A DNA stretch of 64,000 bases from Longimicrobiales bacterium. GTDB taxonomy: Bacteria > Gemmatimonadota > Gemmatimonadetes > Longimicrobiales > Gaopeijiaceae. A program made the translations under genes and the position numbers. The stretch is from positions 128,001 through 192,000 of the forward strand of contig CBDCKN010000003.1 of the NCBI GenBank assembly GCA_965218295.1. Direction: 5' to 3'. Below are positions 59,950 to 64,000 of the stretch, piece after piece. Below the pieces are notes generated by a model. It was not told the origin of the DNA. It was given only the letters and a program-made list of their open reading frames with translations, and did no database searches. Numbering within the stretch: position 1 is the first letter of the stretch; each line of letters begins with the position of its first letter.

Positions 59950-61171
59950 TCAGGACCCTCCGGTGTCCGGTCTGAATATGAGCCTGCCGAGCACGCCCGA
60001 CTCGCTGTTCTGAAGGTCGAGCGTGCCTCCGTGCATTTCCATGATTTGACGCGAGACCGCGAGCCCCAAGCCCGTGCCCTGCCCAGCGGGCTTCGTCGTG
60101 AAGAACGGATCGAATATCTTGCTCAAGCTGTCTGGCGGGATTCCGGGCCCCGTGTCTTGAACCTCGATCATGACACCCTGCGGGACCTCCTCGGTGTCTC
60201 CATCAAGGATGGTTCTCACCGTCAGTGTCCCACCTCCGGACATCGCATGAATCGCATTCGTGAACAGGTTGACCAGCACCTGTTGCACCTTATAGCCGTC
60301 GATCGTGAGCGGCGGGAGATCCTCCGCGAAGTCCCGTGTGACCGCGATACGCTCCTTGTCACACTCGTGTTTCACGAAGAGTAGGGTCCTTTCCACCAAC
60401 TTGTTCACTTCTTCGTCCTTCAGAACCAGCTCTCGGGCCCGGGAGTAGTCCAGGACGGAGTCCCTTGATCACAGAGTCCGCCCTCCTGACCGCCAACAAC
60501 ATGTCATTAAGGAGCTGTTTGACGTCATCCTCCTCCGGAGGAGCGAATTCCCTCAGGTATTGGACCCCCGTGAGCAACGTCATCAAGGGGTTCTTTACCT
60601 CGTGGGCCACACCGGTAGCGAGGAGGCCGATCGACTCGAGCTTCTCGGCATGGATCAGTTGGAGTTGTGCAGACTTGTGAGCTTCGTGAGACGCTTGAAG
60701 CACCACATACGCCTCCTGTAATTCCTTTTCCTTCGCCCTCAACTCGCGGACCGTCGCCTGCACCTCGGAGATCCAGCCACTCCCCAAGGCGATCGCGATG
60801 TACGCGCTGATCACCGGGAGAAGGGCCGGCCATTCCTCAACGGGCAGACTGAACGTGTACCCGACGAGATATGTGGACCAGAGAAGGGCCATCCCCACAG
60901 CCAACGCTATGCCTACATTCTTCCAGGATTTGTGATAGGCCAAGAGCAGTGCGGGTACGAGGGCCAACGACCAGAGCAGGTCTCGACTCTCGTCGAGCGA
61001 ATCACTGAAGAGGGTAGCGGCGAACACAGCAACCAGCAGCGCCCCGAGGGAGATGAAGAGCCCTCTCCAGGGCACTGATTTGCCAGACGACCCGAATTTC
61101 TCGGCAGTAGGGGGGAACAGCCTAATCACTGTGCGCCTTGTGCTCTGGATGGACGCCGACTTCACGCGCAC
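59950..61171 (-). CDS. Membrane sensor histidine kinase, NtrB-like (frameshift near 60455)
   Basis: TM segments; QLIHAEKLESIGLLATGVAHEVKNPL H-box; QQVLVNLFTNA, DTGPGI, FDPFFTTK, GTGLGL. Confidence 0.9.
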
Positions 61172-61266
61172 ATAGTGTTCCTGTCATTCCCACAAGTTGC
61201 CGGTGGCCAGCACGGAACCGCAACAGCGGGAGTGTCGCCGCAGGGGCTGCCTCGGTCGACCCGGCG

Positions 61267-62499
61267 TCAGTCGACCCAGCGCCAGAGCAGCAGTGCCGCC
61301 ACAAGGGAGAGGCCACTACCGAAGAGGAAGGGGGCGGCAGGGCCAAAGCCGGACCAATCCCCCACCCCCTGCCAGAGAGCGCCCGCGATCACGCTGGCCG
61401 GCAGAGCCGTGAGACCGATGGCGCCGTTGTAGGCTCCGTAGGCCGAGCCCCTGCGCTCGGGCTCCGGCACCAGATCCGCCACGTAGGCTTTCGCCACTCC
61501 CTCCGTCAGGGCGTAGTACGCCCCGTAAAGGGCGTAGAGCACACCGAAGTGCCACGTCCGGTCCGCCATGGCGAAGCCCAGGTACACGCCACCGTACAGC
61601 AACCATCCCCCGATGATGACCTTGCGCCGGTCCATCCGGTCGGAGAGGGCGCCCACGGGACCTGCGAGCACCGTGTAGACGAGGTTGAAGCCGGCCAGCA
61701 GGGCGAGGATCGCCAGCACCGATGCGCCGCCGCTCTGGGCTCGAAGGATGAGGAACGCGTCGGTGCTGTTGCCCAGGGTGAAGAGCGTCATCACCACCAG
61801 GAATCGCTTGAAACGGGGGTCGACCCCCCGAAAGCTGATGCGGGGGAGTGTCGCGGGCCGATCCGTCACGACCTCTTTCACACCCACCGCCACGACCAGG
61901 GCGGCGAGGCCTGCGGGGACCATGGCCCACGTCACGATGGCCCGGAAGGTCTCCTGGTCCAAGGAGACGCTCCCCCCCTGGATCCGCCAGACGAAGGCGA
62001 TGGCCAGAAGCAGTCCCAGGAAGGCTCCCGCACTGTCCGCCGCCCGGTGCAAGCCGAAGCTCGCCCCTCGTTGGTGCGTCTCTACCGAGTCGGCGATGAG
62101 GGCATCGCGGGGAGCCGTTCGGATGCCCTTCCCCATGCGGTCCAAGAACCGGTACAGAAGGACCACCGGCCAGGTCCGGGCGATGAGCAGCAACGGCATG
62201 GCCAGCGCCGCCACGCCGTACCCTCCCACGGTCAGCCCCTTCCGGCGGCCCAGCTTATCGGACAGCCAGCCCGAGTAGATCTTCATGAGGCTGGCTGTCG
62301 TCTCCGCCACCCCCTCGATGAGGCCGATGACGGCGATCCGCACGCTCAGGACGTTGGCAAGGAAGAGCGGCAGAAGGTGGACGAGCATCTCACTGGCGAT
62401 GTCCCTGAGAAAGCTCGTCAGAGAGAGCACCCAGACGTTCCTGGGTAGGGCGCGGGTCTCGGACGTGGTGGGCCTTCCTTTCCGGCTCCGGGCGGTCAC
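61267..62499 (-). CDS. MFS transporter
   Basis: GWLSDKLGRRK, DRMGKGIRTAPRDAL, GALSDRMDRR; about 12 TM. Confidence 0.9.
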   Translation of the reverse strand: MTARSRKGRPTTSETRALPRNVWVLSLTSFLRDIASEMLVHLLPLFLANVLSVRIAVIGLIEGVAETTASLMKIYSGWLSDKLGRRKGLTVGGYGVAALAMPLLLIARTWPVVLLYRFLDRMGKGIRTAPRDALIADSVETHQRGASFGLHRAADSAGAFLGLLLAIAFVWRIQGGSVSLDQETFRAIVTWAMVPAGLAALVVAVGVKEVVTDRPATLPRISFRGVDPRFKRFLVVMTLFTLGNSTDAFLILRAQSGGASVLAILALLAGFNLVYTVLAGPVGALSDRMDRRKVIIGGWLLYGGVYLGFAMADRTWHFGVLYALYGAYYALTEGVAKAYVADLVPEPERRGSAYGAYNGAIGLTALPASVIAGALWQGVGDWSGFGPAAPFLFGSGLSLVAALLLWRWVD

Positions 62500-62550
62500 C
62501 CGCCGGTGACCAAGCTACGCCCCGATCCCGAATCGAGTGGAGTTCAGGGG

Positions 62551-64000
62551 CTACTCCACGCCGTCCATCAGCTTATTCACGCCCGGGCTGACCAGGAGGG
62601 CAAGCAGGCCCGTTACACCGGCGAAGATCGCGGTGTTCGTGAAGATCGTTAAAGCCGCAAGAGTTTCGAGCTGCGCGGCCACAAGCCCAGCCACCAGGTT
62701 GCCCAGCGCCGCGGCGATGAACCAGACGCCCATCATCTGTCCCAGCCGGCCGTGCGGTGCGAGCTTGGTCATCGCCGAGAGTCCGATAGGCGACAGCGCG
62801 AGTTCTCCGCACGTGAAGAGGAAATAGGTGACGACGAGCCAGGCCATCGACACACGGTTTCCGTCAGACGCGTACGACGCGCCCCAAGCCAAAACGAACA
62901 AGCCCGCCGCCAGGCCAATCAGGCCAAGCGCGAACTTCCGCGGCGTCGACGGGTTCCTGTCGCGATACGCGAACCAGGTCCACAAGGAGCCGAAGACCGG
63001 CGCCAGCACGATGATGAAGAACGGGTTCACGTTCTGGAGCCACCCGGTGGGTATCTCCCAGCCGAAGAGGACACGGTTCGTGTCACGTTCGGCAAACAGG
63101 TTCATCGACGAGCCGGCCTGTTCGAACCCAGCCCAGAAGACGGCTGCCAGCAGAAACAGCCAGTAGATGACCATCAGGCGCTTCTGGTCGGTCGTGACCT
63201 CGGCGCCCCGGAAGATCAGCAGGCCGACGCACATTACAACGAACGTGCCGAGCGTGCCGACAGCGGCCCATTGTCCTCCATCGATGCCCATGCCGGGCAC
63301 CAGAGCTGCGCTCAGGACAGCGAACAGGATCAGCAGGGGGGTCGCCCACCTGACGCCGAAGATGAGATACGCGAAAAACAGGATCGACAGCAGCACGATG
63401 CCGTAAGCGATCCATGTGGCAAAGACCACGATGGTCATGCCGAGCGCGTCCGTCGCCAGCAAGAAGACCACGAGGGCTGCCACCGCCGCGACGGCGCCGG
63501 CCGAGAGGTAAAAGATCCGCCGGCGTCGATCGATCTCGTCTTCGGGGGCATCCGGCCTGAACAGGCCGGCTTCGCCCAGATACTTGTCGCCCCTCCGGTA
63601 TTGGATCAGCCCGAGCACCATGCCGAACCCCGCCGCCGAGAAGCCCCAGTGCCAGTTGACCAGCTCGCCGAGCGTGCTGCAGACGAACGGCCCCAGCATC
63701 GCCCCGATGTTGATGCCCATATAGAAGATCGAAAAGGCCGCGTCACGATTTGCGCCCCACACCTTGCGGTCATGCTCTGTCGCGTCATCGCCCAACTTCG
63801 GATAGAGGTCGCCGACCATCGTGCTGACGTTCGGCTTGAGCAGCCCCGTGCCAATGACGATGAAGAGCAGGCCCAGGAAGAACGACGGAACCTCGGGCGC
63901 GCCGACGAGCGGCGCCGCGAGCGTAAAGTGGCCTGTCGCGATGATCACGCCCCCAACGAAGACAGCCTTTCGCTGTCCCCACAAGTTGTCGGCCACCCAC
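62551..64000 (-). CDS. POT/PTR family peptide:H+ symporter (5' end outside the window)
   Basis: ADNLWGQRKAV, GTGLLKPNVS.MVG.LY, FSIFYMGINIG, EQAGSS, GELALSPIGLS. Confidence 0.93.
   Translation of the reverse strand, partial: WVADNLWGQRKAVFVGGVIIATGHFTLAAPLVGAPEVPSFFLGLLFIVIGTGLLKPNVSTMVGDLYPKLGDDATEHDRKVWGANRDAAFSIFYMGINIGAMLGPFVCSTLGELVNWHWGFSAAGFGMVLGLIQYRRGDKYLGEAGLFRPDAPEDEIDRRRRIFYLSAGAVAAVAALVVFLLATDALGMTIVVFATWIAYGIVLLSILFFAYLIFGVRWATPLLILFAVLSAALVPGMGIDGGQWAAVGTLGTFVVMCVGLLIFRGAEVTTDQKRLMVIYWLFLLAAVFWAGFEQAGSSMNLFAERDTNRVLFGWEIPTGWLQNVNPFFIIVLAPVFGSLWTWFAYRDRNPSTPRKFALGLIGLAAGLFVLAWGASYASDGNRVSMAWLVVTYFLFTCGELALSPIGLSAMTKLAPHGRLGQMMGVWFIAAALGNLVAGLVAAQLETLAALTIFTNTAIFAGVTGLLALLVSPGVNKLMDGVE

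Overview
GC-rich bacterial genomic DNA. The gene families (LVIVD and choice-of-anchor B propellers, CehA/McbA-type hydrolase, CocE and tannase paralogs) suggest a Gemmatimonadota-like heterotroph; this taxonomy is inference only. The window has three parts. (1) 1-4.1 kb: a minus-strand operon of two LVIVD beta-propeller paralogs, a hypothetical protein and a multicopper oxidase. (2) About 4.1-32.5 kb: a patchwork accessory region of catabolic genes (SDR, MFS, two near-identical CocE/NonD copies, Qor, three tannase copies with one internally deleted, acyl-CoA ligase/DUF35/thiolase, crotonase, orphan SdhA-like flavoprotein, MetE-like enzyme, Tat SGNH-like protein, PHP-type hydrolase). These genes are interleaved with short gene scraps, an intact IS256 with an 8-bp target duplication and an IS21 remnant. 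(3) About 32.5-64 kb: backbone-like genes (SpeE-like membrane methyltransferase, pcm, PflX-like, amrB/amrS, Nudix, RsmF-like, msrPQ, a MITE-disrupted metal-uptake locus, aldolase/SDR fusion, Nramp-like, GATase, choice-of-anchor B, barrel, ceramidase, panE-like plus oxalate-CoA-ligase-like, two-component pair, MFS, POT). Many genes in part 3 carry single-base frameshifts that look like long-read consensus errors. I saw no rRNA, tRNA, CRISPR array, integrase or reverse transcriptase. The best candidates for novelty are the His-lined propeller plus multicopper oxidase operon, the promoter-to-stop CocE duplication with active-site-focused divergence, the gene-scrap mosaic, and the signal-peptide Pcm paired with a membrane methyltransferase. 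All calls come from manual motif reading; no database searches were run.
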